From Chloroflexota bacterium (GTDB lineage Bacteria > Chloroflexota > Dehalococcoidia > Dehalococcoidales > RBG-16-60-22): a stretch of DNA of 64,000 bases. Positions 45,995 through 56,237 of the stretch are shown one piece after another. The DNA lies in contig JACPQC010000015.1 of assembly GCA_016190695.1 (NCBI GenBank), positions 13,435 through 77,434 on the forward strand, in the 5' to 3' direction. Every line of letters starts with the position of its first letter. The stretch's first letter is position 1. The position numbers and the translations under genes were made by a program. The notes below the pieces were generated by a model. The model had not been told where the DNA came from, made no database searches, and was given only the letters and a program-made list of their open reading frames with translations.

Positions 45995-48073
45995 TTGAGC
46001 GCTACAATGTCTTCAAAAGCCCGTGAACAACAACTGCCGCCGGATAGCATCCTCAGGAATTCGGTGGACCAGTTCACCCATCTGTACAATATCCTGCTCA
46101 TGGTCAGGAACGTTGGCCGGGTCGTTATGGAAGCCGCCGGTGAAGCAGACCTGACAAAAAAGACCTGTGACGCCCTGATGGAAGCCCGCCGCTACAAAGG
46201 GGTGTGGATTGGCAGCACGGCCCGCGGTGAAGGAGAAGCTCTGGCGAGCGCTCAGGCCGGCTCTGTAGACCTGGCGGCCGTCCGGCTGGCTGGAGATGCC
46301 GGGGATGGCGAGACGCTGGTTGATGTTGCGCTGAGGACCTCCGCCCCGGCGGTAGTGCAGGATGTCCTCAATGACGAGCGGTGCTCCTCCTGGGGAAGGG
46401 AGGCAGTGGCGCTGGGCGTCCGCTCCGCGGCAGCCGTGCCTGTAAAACTGCCGGGCAAGGCCTCCGCCGCGCTCTATGTTTGTTCCGGGCAACCGGACAT
46501 CTTCGATAAGGCCGAGGTCGGCGCCCTGGCGAAAGTGGCCAGAGACCTTTCAAGCGGCATAGAAAGGCTCCGCCAGAGAAAGGCGATGAAGGACTCGGAA
46601 GCACGGTACCGGGCTACCCTGGATAGCATGTTGGAAGGCTGCCAGATTATCGGCTCCGATTGCCGGTACTTATAGCTGAACGATGTTGCGGTGAAGCACA
46701 GCAGGCGGACCAGGCAGGAGTTGCTGGGACATACCATGATGGAGGCGTATCCCGGCATCGAGAACAGCGAGATGTTTGTCCATCTCCGCCGCTGCATGGA
46801 AGAGCGCGTTCCGCACCACATGGAAAACATGTTCACCTATCCCGATGGCTCTCAAGGCTGGTTTGAACTCAGCATCGAGCCGGTACCGGAAGGCGCTTTT
46901 ATACTGTCCCTGGACGTCACCGGGCGCAAACGTGCCGAAACAGAGTTGAAACACGATGCAGACATTCAAAGCGCCATCAATTCGCTGCTGCGCATGTCCC
47001 TTACTGACCTCCCGCTGCAAGACCTTCTGTGCCAGGCACTGGACATTATCCTTGGCATTCCCTGGCTCTCCCATGAGGGGAGGGGGGTGGTATTCCTGGT
47101 CGAAGATGAGCAGCCCGAAGTGCTGGTGATGAAAGCCCACCGCGGGCTGCCAGAACCGATGGTGATGAAGTGCGCGCAGCTCCCTTTCGGTAAATGCCTG
47201 TGTGGCCAGACGGCATCGACCGGGCAGGTGCAATTTGCCGACCGCCTGGATAGACGCCATGATATTGTGTATGATGGTATGGCCCAGCACGGCCACTATT
47301 GCGTTCCTATCCACATAGCAGGCAGTGTGGTCGGGGTGTTCAGTTTATACATGGCCGAAGGACATCGATACGATGAGGCGGAGGCGGCGTTTCTTCAGGC
47401 GGTGGCCGACGTCCTGGCTGGCATAATCGAGAGGCGGCGTGCCCTGGACAAGGTGCTGGAATCCCTCAGGGAAAAGGAGGTATTGCTCAGAGAGGTGCAC
47501 CACCGGGTCAAGAACAACCTCCAGGTGGTATCCAGCCTGCTTCGCCTCCAGTCCGGCCATGTGAAAGACGCCAATGCGCTCCAGATGTTCCGGGCCACCG
47601 AGGAGCGGGTCAGGTCAATGGCCCTGGTCCATGAGCAACTGTACCGTTCGCCCGCCCTTTCGAGCATCGATTTCGGCACATTTGTGCGCGAGATATGCCA
47701 GAGACTGGTCTTTTCCTATGCCGCCGACCCGGCCGCGGTCACGCTTACGCTGGATGTAGAGGATGTGGACCTGGGCATCGACCTTGCCATCCCCTGCGGG
47801 CTGGTCATCAACGAGCTGGTGACCAACGCCCTGTTGCATGGTCTTGCCGGGGGCAAGGGTAAAATAGGGGTTTCGCTGAAGTCTCACGGTAATGACTATG
47901 TGCTCATTATCAGTGATGACGGGACCGGTTTTCCCAGGGAACTGGACTTCAGGCATACAGAGTCGCTGGGCATGCAGCTCGTGATGAGCCTGACACGGCA
48001 GCTCCAGGGGAGCATCAGTCTTGACCGCGAGGAGGGCACGCAATGGAAGATAATGTTCAAGTCAAGGGAATAG
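45995..48073 (+). pseudogene. GAF-PAS-GAF-HisKA_2 histidine kinase interrupted by an in-frame TAG at 46673-46675
   Basis: ORFs 45995-46675 and 46691-48073 share one frame. The stop falls inside a PAS domain (EGCQIIGSDCRYL*LND). Kinase motifs EVHHRVKNNLQ, NELVTNA and DDGTG are intact. Confidence 0.7.
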
Positions 48074-48687
48074 CAATCGAGGGGAATCCGTCCGACCAGG
48101 CGCGCATTTTGATCGTGGAGGATGAAAGTGTCGTTGCCCTGGACCTCGGCCAGAGAATAAGAAACTGCGGGCACGAGGTTGCCGGCATTGCCGCCACCGG
48201 CGGTGAGGCTATCGAGATGGCAAAGCGGACCCGGCCGGGCCTGGTGCTGATGGATATCCGGCTGCCGGGGGCCATGGACGGCGTTGAAGCCGCCAACCAG
48301 ATACGGAAGCAACTGGACATCCCGGTCATATTCGCCACCGCCTACGGGGATGACGCTACCCTGGGGCGGGCCAAGGTCACCGGCCCCTTCGGCTACATTA
48401 TCAAGCCCATAGAAGAGTGGGAACTGTGCGCCGCCGTGGAAGTGGCCCTGTGGCGGCATCGAGTTGAAAGCGAGCTTAAGCAGCGCACCCGCGAGCTAAC
48501 CGCCCTTAACTCGCTCTTCCAGAAGCACCTCTCCGAATGGTTCACCGTCGTCGAGGCCTACCGGGGACTGCTCGACCCCCTGCGCTCGGTCTGCGCCGAA
48601 CTGTCAGAGATAAAGGAAAAGGCCGAGTCCCAGCCCATCCCGCACATCCTGGAGATATCGAGCTATATTCAGCCGGACAAGGCGTAA
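48043..48687 (+). CDS. Response regulator with C-terminal coiled coil
   Basis: ILIVEDE, LMDIRL and GYIIKP motifs; start uncertain. Confidence 0.88.
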   Translation: MEDNVQVKGIAIEGNPSDQARILIVEDESVVALDLGQRIRNCGHEVAGIAATGGEAIEMAKRTRPGLVLMDIRLPGAMDGVEAANQIRKQLDIPVIFATAYGDDATLGRAKVTGPFGYIIKPIEEWELCAAVEVALWRHRVESELKQRTRELTALNSLFQKHLSEWFTVVEAYRGLLDPLRSVCAELSEIKEKAESQPIPHILEISSYIQPDKA

Positions 48688-48707
48688 ATATCTTCTGAAA
48701 AAGCGAG

Positions 48708-48746
48708 AACCCCGGCGAGGGCGGATATCTCTCCCCACCGGGGTTC
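48708..48746. terminator. Hairpin between convergent genes
   Basis: GAACCCCGG..CCGGGGTTC inverted repeat. Confidence 0.5.
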
Positions 48747-48789
48747 ATTGCTTTCAGGATTAGCCTGGTTACCGGTCAGACAATCAGGA

Positions 48790-49890
48790 CTACTTCTTCT
48801 CCAGCAGCGCCCGGGCCTTTGTAGCTACCGCGCCGCCGCGCTCTATCTGCGCCGCCCATTCAGCCTCGTAAGCCATATCGGTGAAGGCCTTGGCTTCTCC
48901 CGCGGAGAAACTGATGAGCTGGGTCTTTCCGGCCAGCATCTTCTTCTGGTTATCCACCAGGTCAGCGCCGTAGAGCGGCGGGACTTCCTTCATGACCTCG
49001 GCGTGGGCCTGTTTCATGACGTTCTTCAGCCGGTCAGGGAGGTTGGCCCAGGCATCCGGGTTCATGATGAACGAGTTGTTGGCCTGGAACCACCAGTGCT
49101 CGATGAGGTAAGTGGACAGCTCCTGCAGCTTCAGTGAGGCATGAACATTGGTGCTGCTGGTATAGCCATCGACCAGCTTGCTGTCCAGGGACAGGTAAGT
49201 CTCAGGGGTGGGGATGATCACCGGAATCGCCCCCAGCGCCTTTATGAACGAGTTGGAATGGGTGCCGGAAGCCCCGATCTTCAGCCCTGTCATGTCTTTG
49301 GGGCTGGAAACGCTCTTGGTGAGCACGAAGCTGAAGATAGGCCGGTCGCTGGTCGAGCCTCGTCCCAGGTAGAATAGGCCAGCCTTGGCGTGCTCCTCTA
49401 CCAGCAGGTCATGGAAACCGGCGGCTCGCTCCTCGGCATCGGTAAGCCGGGACAGGGCGATGGTGTTGATGATGGGGACGAGATTGCCGTAGGAGCCGGC
49501 GAAGACATGGGCCATTTCGAGCACGCCCTTCCTCACTGCCGTCGCCTGGTCAGGGACCGGGATGACCTCCGGGCCTCCCAGTATCTTTATGGTAAGCTCA
49601 CCGTTGGTCATGGCGTTGACCTTGTCCCGGAGCATCCACAGGGCCAGGTTCGACTGTGACAGCACGGGCAAGGTAGTGGTCGCCCTCAGCACCACCGGCT
49701 GGGTCTTTGGCGCTGGCGCCGGCTTGGGCGCTGGAGCGGGTGCCGGGGCCGGCTTGGGAGCGGGCGCCGGGGCCGGCTTGGGAGCCGGGGCGGGTGCAGG
49801 CTGCGGCGCTGGCGCGGGAGCGGTCTGTCCGCAGGCTATGCCGGCCAGCAGGGATAACACTGCCAGGGCAAGAACAATCTTCTTTTTCAT
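48790..49890 (-). CDS. TRAP transporter substrate-binding lipoprotein (DctP family)
   Basis: Lipobox IAC, PAPAPAPK linker, TNGELTI..GGPEVIP, DMTGLKI and MNPDAWANLP. Confidence 0.85.
   Translation of the reverse strand: MKKKIVLALAVLSLLAGIACGQTAPAPAPQPAPAPAPKPAPAPAPKPAPAPAPAPKPAPAPKTQPVVLRATTTLPVLSQSNLALWMLRDKVNAMTNGELTIKILGGPEVIPVPDQATAVRKGVLEMAHVFAGSYGNLVPIINTIALSRLTDAEERAAGFHDLLVEEHAKAGLFYLGRGSTSDRPIFSFVLTKSVSSPKDMTGLKIGASGTHSNSFIKALGAIPVIIPTPETYLSLDSKLVDGYTSSTNVHASLKLQELSTYLIEHWWFQANNSFIMNPDAWANLPDRLKNVMKQAHAEVMKEVPPLYGADLVDNQKKMLAGKTQLISFSAGEAKAFTDMAYEAEWAAQIERGGAVATKARALLEKK
49705..49822. repeat. Coding tandem repeat (PAPAPAPK linker)
   Basis: Imperfect 24-nt units such as GGCCGGCTTGGGAGCGGGCGCCGG. 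Confidence 0.85.
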
Positions 49891-49991
49891 TGCGGCCTCC
49901 TTTATGTACTAAAGCTGCTTCTCTCCAAGAGAAGATAACTATCTGAAAGGAGAGACGGGCATCCCTCCTGTACCCCCCCTTGAATACCGGC

Positions 49992-51401
49992 CTAAATCTT
50001 TATGTAGTCGCTCAGGTTGACCTTGTCCAGGTCGTCGTAGCGGCACGGGCCGAGGTCGCGCAGCACTTCAATGCGGCCTTTCTTGTCCCCGCCCAGGGGC
50101 AGGGTGGCATCGATGCCCACCTTGGTTATCAGGTTGGGAGGGGTGACCATCGGGTCGAGGGACTGCCCGGCCATTTCCGAGGTGATAATGTAGTCCTCGC
50201 CTCTGGCGCGGAAAGTGGTGGCCCATTCTACATCCAGCGCGTTGAGAACATCAATATCCTCGTCCACCACTGTTACCCTCTTCAAAGAGCCGTGGGCCAG
50301 GATGGAATGGATTACCTGCTTGGCCTGGCCGGGGTGCGTCTTCTTGATGGATATGACCATGCCCTGGCCACAGGCGCCCAGCGGGGAGTTCACCCCCTTT
50401 ATATTCTCCTCCGGGACGGTGAGGCAGATATAGGCGTAGGCGTCTGCCTCCTTGTTGAGGGTGATCATTATCTGGTGCTCTGATGGCGATACCGAGGTGC
50501 CCATGGCGTGATAGATGTAGTTCTTGCGGTGGGTCACCGCGGTCACCTGCATCAGGGGAGAGCGGCGACGGATGCCGTAGTACCCGGTGAACTCGGCGAA
50601 GGGGGCTTCATCGCAATAGGTGCCCGGGCCGACATAGCCGTCCTCGTCACCAGGCATGACAAACCCCTCGATTACCAGCTCCGAGGTGGCCGGCACGTCC
50701 AGGTCTACCGTCTCGCATTTGACCACTTCCACCGGTGCGCCCCTCACCCCGCCGGCGAAGGCGATCTCATCCATATCATAAGGTATCTTGCACGAGCCGC
50801 AGAGCAGCACCGCCGGGTCCGCCCCCACCGCCACCACTATGGGGCAGGGCTGGCCCCGCTCCAGGTGTTTCCTTATTATTACCCTGAGGTTCCCCAGCGC
50901 ATTAATCCACAGGCCCAGCTTGTCCCGGTCAAGCACCTCCATGCGGTGGATGGAGTTGTTCCTGACACGGCTGTCCGGGTCTTGGGCGATGACGTTGGTG
51001 GCGCTGATGAAATAGCCGCTGTCTTTCACCTGGTGCCACAGGGCTGGTACGCGGTTGAGATCAATGTCCTTGCCGGTCATAATGACATCTTTGCACGGGC
51101 CGGTCCTGACAGTGACCGGGTCGATGGGGTGCTCCCGGCCCTTGATCATCTTCCTGAAGGCTTCCCGCTTGGTGCTCTCCACCACCAGGGCGTTCCGCTC
51201 CAGCGTGCCGAAAAGCCCGGTGATCACCGGCGTATCAAAGCCCTTTACATTCTCAAAGAGGATGGCCGGACCGCCGGACTTGGTCGCCTTGTCGGTCACC
51301 TTGGCGATCTCTATCTTCCGGTCTACTTCCTTGCTGCAGACCTCAAACTCCCCTCTCTGCTTCAATAGCTCCATGAACTCCCGCATATCCTGGTATGGCA
51401 A
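49992..51401 (-). CDS. UbiD-family prFMN-dependent (de)carboxylase
   Basis: GPAILFENVKG, SIHR, EAPFAEFTGYY, VVDEDID and KVGIDAT motifs. Confidence 0.95.
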   Translation of the reverse strand: MPYQDMREFMELLKQRGEFEVCSKEVDRKIEIAKVTDKATKSGGPAILFENVKGFDTPVITGLFGTLERNALVVESTKREAFRKMIKGREHPIDPVTVRTGPCKDVIMTGKDIDLNRVPALWHQVKDSGYFISATNVIAQDPDSRVRNNSIHRMEVLDRDKLGLWINALGNLRVIIRKHLERGQPCPIVVAVGADPAVLLCGSCKIPYDMDEIAFAGGVRGAPVEVVKCETVDLDVPATSELVIEGFVMPGDEDGYVGPGTYCDEAPFAEFTGYYGIRRRSPLMQVTAVTHRKNYIYHAMGTSVSPSEHQIMITLNKEADAYAYICLTVPEENIKGVNSPLGACGQGMVISIKKTHPGQAKQVIHSILAHGSLKRVTVVDEDIDVLNALDVEWATTFRARGEDYIITSEMAGQSLDPMVTPPNLITKVGIDATLPLGGDKKGRIEVLRDLGPCRYDDLDKVNLSDYIKI

Positions 51402-51723
51402 CTTAACTTCTCCTTTGCGCTTTCTATATATTTTTATATGTGCTGGCGTTATCGCCAGGGAAACCGGCTAAACTGGGCAGGGGAGGGCTTGCAGGAGTGA
51501 TGTACTATTTACATACAGTGTTCAATAATAACCCAGCCTTCTGTTCTTTGTCAAGGGAGAATTTTTCAGGTGCGATATTATTTATGATAGTGCGGCGTCT
51601 TGATTTCCCGGCGCAGACGATACGTGCACAGTACTTTTCAAATGTGGACATGAGGCAAAGGCGCAAGAAGCTGGAACAGGAGGGGCTGCTCCGCGCCAGG
51701 GAAAAGGGTCATAACGGGCGCAG

Positions 51724-51915
51724 GCAAACATTCCCGTTTATCGCATTGGACGGAGGAACAGGGGATGGTTACGGAACGGACTCGAAGGCTTTCACCGGGG
51801 CGACTTGCTCGCCTCCTACATCCACCTGCACCTGGCCAGCGCGCCGGGCATGGCGCAGAGGTTCATGGAGGGATGCCGCGATTTTCAATCCGGGGGCGCA
51901 GTCACCCATCAATAG
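51724..51915 (+). pseudogene. Remnant of the cobyrinate a,c-diamide synthase (CbiA/CobB) 3' end
   Basis: Startless frame reading PVYRI..LEGFHRGDLLASYIHLHLASAPGMAQRFMEGCR, resembling the CbiA C-terminal ASYxHLH motif; in-frame TAA at 51712. Confidence 0.7.
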
Positions 51916-54401
51916 CCGGCGGCGGTGACCACTCCCTCCGGTGACAGCCTGCCGTGTAAAGCGGCCAGCTCCCGCTCCGTCAGCAGTCCCTCTTCGGGAA
52001 TCTCCAGCAATCGCGCCGACTCCGTCAACACGTGCGCCCAGGTGCAGCGGTTGGCGAACAGCATGCCCGGGGTGGTCAGCGTACCCCCCTGGACCACGAA
52101 GCCCAGGCCGGAGGTATGCCTGCCGGTGCACAGCGGCTGGAGCACGCCAAGCATGATGTCGGGGCGGGTATGGGTCACAAACAGCCGGGCATAAACCTGC
52201 TCCGGGTAAAGCTCGCTGACAAGCTCCGGAGAGGCGGCATGCTGGCGCTCCCCCTGGCTGCGAGGGGCGCGGAAACGGCCCGGCTCAAGCATGTAGACCA
52301 CCGAGTGGGGTATCTCCTTTTCGGCGAGGCGGAACGAGGCCCTCAGCACCTCCTCCAACTGGTAAGCGCCGGTGGCGGTGAGCACCAGGCGCTGCTGGCC
52401 GACATTGTACCCGGCCCAGTCCAGGCGGAGCGCGCCCTGCTCGAAAAGATGAGCGGCCTCATCGGTGGTGAACAGGTCGGGTATGACCTCGTACTTGGGC
52501 ACCACCAGCGACCATATCTGCCCCTGCGTCTGGTAGACCTCGCGCATGACCACGGCGGCAGTGTTATAATCGGCCACGAACATCACCCTGGAGACGTCTG
52601 ACACCTCCCCCAGCATTGTCTCGGCCATGCTTGGGTCCTGGTGGGACTGCTCGTTCTTGGCGTTCTCCCAGGTATGCGAGGTCAAAATCAGGGGCACGGA
52701 AAGCCATCCCGGAGGCCGGCCGTTCTCCTTGCAGCTATTGGCGAAAATAATCTCCTGCCGGACGATGCCGTGCATCTTGGTGCCGAAGGCCTCGTAGGTG
52801 ACGATGATATTGATGCCCCCCTTGTTGCCCAGCGCGGCCGCGGCCACCGCCTCCTCGTTAAGGGCGGTAATAACGGCGCCGTGCACGTCTTCAGGCACAC
52901 CCGGCTCCGGCGCGGTGACCCTGAACTTCAGGGCATCGAGCGTCCGCAGCATCCGGTTGGAGCGCAGCTCGTCGGGATTGCCCACGCGGGGGCGGAGATG
53001 GGGGTTCTCCTGGACGGCGCGGAGGAACATGGCATCGACGGCATACATCGGCGAAAAGCGCGTCCACATCGACATGTCGTAGCGGTGGGCGGGCATCAGC
53101 CTGGAGACCGGTTGGGGGACTCGCCGCAGCGACACGTCGCGGTGGGCCAGGGCGTGGTCGCGTTCCCTGGGCCGGCCGGTCCGGAGGTGGTGCTGCATCT
53201 TCTCGATGGCCTCCTCCAGTTCAGGCAGGGGCGCCCAGAGCTGGCGGGCGCTGTCGTTGAAATGGTGGGCGGCCTCGATATCCAGGTGGGGATTGGCCTG
53301 CAGGGGCAGGTTGTGGGCCAGGTTGGTACCTTCCCCGTAGAACCCGGCCCCTTTGGGCGCAACGGCGATGCCGTAGGGCAGGCGCACCGGGTAACCCTGG
53401 CTTTGCCCCTTTACCAGCCTGGCCGCCGCCTCCAGGCGCATTTCCATTTCAAAGATGGCCCAGGCGAAGGCAGCCGGGTCACGCCCATCGAAAACGATGG
53501 GGTCAAAGCTGTTTATCTTGAGGTGTTCCACGAACCAGTCCACGCCGCCCACCTGGGACATAGTGGTGCGCTGGTCGATGCGCCGGCCGTTGGCTATCAT
53601 GATGGGCGTTACCAGCCCGCAGTCCTCGGCCCGCCACCACCTCGGCGTCCAGTCGCTGCCGCGCTGCTCCTCGAAGGCGCCGTCGCTGAGGAAAGCCACC
53701 AGCCGCTCCCCGGGCAGGGGCATGTGCACGTACTCAAGCTCGACGAAGCCCAGGTAGCCGCCCTCGGCCATGCCGCCGGCAGTATGCACGTTCACGTGGC
53801 TGCCCAGGGGGGAGTCCGGCCTCCCGTCGGGACCGATGGCGTAGGAGTAAAAGTCCCGTATGTACCGGGTCAGCCCCCGGTCGCTCAGTGAATAGCGCTC
53901 GGCGTGGGCCGGGGTCATGTTGTTGAGCAGCAGGTTCACGGTATCGATGGCGGCGACACAGTGCCCCTGGCCCATTATCCAGGAGCGGGTCAGGCCGGTC
54001 AAGGCATTGACGGCCATATAGCCGGTGTAGGCCGGTATCATGTTCAGCACCCCGCCGGTATGCCCCTCCGGGCTGGGCTTAAAGTCCTCGGGGTGCAGGT
54101 CGCGCCCGTCGAGGTAGATGTTCCGGGCGTAGGTCTCGTGTACCGCCACCCACATCGCGGCGCAGGCAACACGGTCCGCAGCGCGTAACACCTCGAACAG
54201 GGGCACGCCATCTCCCTGTACACCCCGCGCACTGAGCATCTCGGCCATAGTGAACACCCTGGCCTGGGTCTCTATGCTGTGTTCTACCGGCCCGTAGCCG
54301 GCCGCCCAGCGGGCCGCGTCCGGATTCTTCTTGCGGTACAGGTTGGCCCACTCTTCCCTGAGAATCCTTTCCGCCTCAGTGACCACATTGCTGTTGAACA
54401 T
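51909..54401 (-). CDS. Phosphoketolase (XFP family)
   Basis: PEGHTGG, GQGH, EGGYLG, SDGAFEE (TPP) and NEQSHQDP motifs. Confidence 0.9.
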   Translation of the reverse strand: MFNSNVVTEAERILREEWANLYRKKNPDAARWAAGYGPVEHSIETQARVFTMAEMLSARGVQGDGVPLFEVLRAADRVACAAMWVAVHETYARNIYLDGRDLHPEDFKPSPEGHTGGVLNMIPAYTGYMAVNALTGLTRSWIMGQGHCVAAIDTVNLLLNNMTPAHAERYSLSDRGLTRYIRDFYSYAIGPDGRPDSPLGSHVNVHTAGGMAEGGYLGFVELEYVHMPLPGERLVAFLSDGAFEEQRGSDWTPRWWRAEDCGLVTPIMIANGRRIDQRTTMSQVGGVDWFVEHLKINSFDPIVFDGRDPAAFAWAIFEMEMRLEAAARLVKGQSQGYPVRLPYGIAVAPKGAGFYGEGTNLAHNLPLQANPHLDIEAAHHFNDSARQLWAPLPELEEAIEKMQHHLRTGRPRERDHALAHRDVSLRRVPQPVSRLMPAHRYDMSMWTRFSPMYAVDAMFLRAVQENPHLRPRVGNPDELRSNRMLRTLDALKFRVTAPEPGVPEDVHGAVITALNEEAVAAAALGNKGGINIIVTYEAFGTKMHGIVRQEIIFANSCKENGRPPGWLSVPLILTSHTWENAKNEQSHQDPSMAETMLGEVSDVSRVMFVADYNTAAVVMREVYQTQGQIWSLVVPKYEVIPDLFTTDEAAHLFEQGALRLDWAGYNVGQQRLVLTATGAYQLEEVLRASFRLAEKEIPHSVVYMLEPGRFRAPRSQGERQHAASPELVSELYPEQVYARLFVTHTRPDIMLGVLQPLCTGRHTSGLGFVVQGGTLTTPGMLFANRCTWAHVLTESARLLEIPEEGLLTERELAALHGRLSPEGVVTAAGY

Positions 54402-55596
54402 TGGCTACCTCCTTAGCGCTCAGACACATCGCCGTGTCCCTGGCAATGATCAAGGCCTCGTTGACCGGGATGACGTAGACCTGGAGCGCGGAACCATCGG
54501 TGCTGATACGCCCCTCCCGCCCCACTGCCTCCCGGTTCCGTTTATCGTCAATGTGGATGCCGCACCACTCCATGCCGGACAGGATGCGGGCGCGCACCGC
54601 CGCGTCGTTCTCGCCAATGCCGCCGCCGAAGACCAGGGCGTCAGCCCCGCCCAGAACGGCCAGGTACGCCCCGATGTACTTCCTGGCGCTGTAGCAAAAC
54701 ATATCTATGGCCAGGGCCGCCCGGCCATCTCCCTGCTGCGCCGCCTTCCATACCTCGCGCATGTCAGCGGAGCGCCCGGAGACGCCGAGCAGGCCGGAGC
54801 GCCGGTTGAGCCAGTCTTCTATCGTCTCCACCAGCAACCCCTCCTGCCGGGCCAGGAAACCGGCCAGGGTAGGGTCAACATTGCCGGAGCGGGTGCCCAT
54901 CATCAGCCCTTCCGCCGGGGTAAACCCCATCGAGGTATCCACCGATTTTCCAGCGCTGATAGCTGTGGCGGAACAACCATTGCCCAGTTGCAGGGTGATG
55001 AGCTTGACTGTGTCCGGGGGCTTCCCGCTTATCTCAGCATATCGCTCCGCCATGTAGCGGTGGGCCAGGCCGTGAAAGCCAAAGCGGCGCACATGGTGCT
55101 TCTCAGCAAGTTCCAGGGGGATGGCATACATCCCCGCCGGCAGCGGCATGGTCCGGTGAAAAGCGGTATCGAAGACGGCCACCTGGGGGATGCCTGTTCC
55201 CATTATCTGCCTGACGGCGCGGATGGCGGAGAGGGCAGGCCGGTTGTGCAGCGGGGCCAGCTCGCCGAGCGACTCGACGGCGGAGAGGAGGCCCTCGTCC
55301 ACCAGCGCGGGGTCGCCGAACTGTTCTCCGCCGTGAATGATCCGGTGCCCCACTGCCGCGGGCGTCATTCCGGCGAGGGCGTTCAGCCAGTCGAGCATCA
55401 CCTGGCTGGCCTGGGCATGGTCAGCGATGGCGCGGGACACCCGTAGATTTTTGGCTCCGCAGGCAAAGTCTATGTCTGCCAGCCCGCCGATGCGTCCCAC
55501 GCTGCCCCGGGCCAGCCGGCGTTCTGTTCCGGGGAGCATCTCGAGAAGCTCGAACTTCAACGAGGAACTGCCGCAGTTGACCGCCAGGACTTTCAT
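54376..55596 (-). CDS. ackA: Acetate kinase
   Basis: VNCGSSSLKF, GHRIIHGG, LAPLHN, FDTAFH, LGNGCS and GGIGEN motifs. Confidence 0.96.
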   Translation of the reverse strand: MKVLAVNCGSSSLKFELLEMLPGTERRLARGSVGRIGGLADIDFACGAKNLRVSRAIADHAQASQVMLDWLNALAGMTPAAVGHRIIHGGEQFGDPALVDEGLLSAVESLGELAPLHNRPALSAIRAVRQIMGTGIPQVAVFDTAFHRTMPLPAGMYAIPLELAEKHHVRRFGFHGLAHRYMAERYAEISGKPPDTVKLITLQLGNGCSATAISAGKSVDTSMGFTPAEGLMMGTRSGNVDPTLAGFLARQEGLLVETIEDWLNRRSGLLGVSGRSADMREVWKAAQQGDGRAALAIDMFCYSARKYIGAYLAVLGGADALVFGGGIGENDAAVRARILSGMEWCGIHIDDKRNREAVGREGRISTDGSALQVYVIPVNEALIIARDTAMCLSAKEVANVQQQCGH

Positions 55597-55813
55597 TTAG
55601 TCCTCCAGGCAAGGCATATCACCATGCTTGCATTATGGCACATCAATGAGTCCCCTGCCAGTTTTGAATTTGCACAGAATGACGAAGAAAGCTGCAGTCC
55701 TGAGCATAGGAGTCACTATGTGCGTCATATATTGCACTCGGCTTCGGTCATCGTGAAAATGTGAAGACTTTGTTCAAATTTGACCCTATTATCCCGAAAA
55801 TAGATTTCATATT

Positions 55814-55992
55814 GTCACCCTGAGCCGCAGCCCTGAACGAAGCGAAGGGGCAGCGAAGGGTCTCGGAGAGGGGAGGTATCCGTCTTCCACTCACCCTGAG
55901 ATTCTTCAGTCGTCCCGATAGGATCGGGACTCCTTCCAGAATGACATTTTTCATACTTCGTGGTGCTGGCTGGCAAGCCAGAATGGGAAATT
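55814..55992. repeat. REP doublet (GTCACCCTGAG family) joined to a family B end
   Basis: 55814-55945 is similar to 9662-9778 but carries the extra hairpin GTCCCGATAGGATCGGGAC. 55945-55992 is an inverted homologue of 15302-15350. Confidence 0.82.
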
Positions 55993-56076
55993 CTCAATGA
56001 AACACCCCCGGCGTACGAGAGCAGGGAACGGCAGAAAATTCTGCTATCCAACGGTAGTAATAACCGCCGGAAAGCC

Positions 56077-56110
56077 TTGACAAACCGAAGATATTAGTGT
56101 ATATTAATAT
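56077..56110 (+). promoter_or_regulatory. Promoter with DtxR/MntR-like dyad upstream of the iron ABC operon
   Basis: TTGACA-N17-TATATT overlapped by the imperfect palindrome ATATTAGTGTATATTAATAT (56091-56110). Confidence 0.65.
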
Positions 56111-56237
56111 CGCATCTTAGCATGTGCGATATGGTCGGTGGAGCCGCTTACAGGGGAAGGAGGGCCGGTCAGTCATGGCGTGATGGGAATCGAGCACTTT
56201 GGTGAACAAATCTGTTAAATTTGAAGGGAGTTACAAT

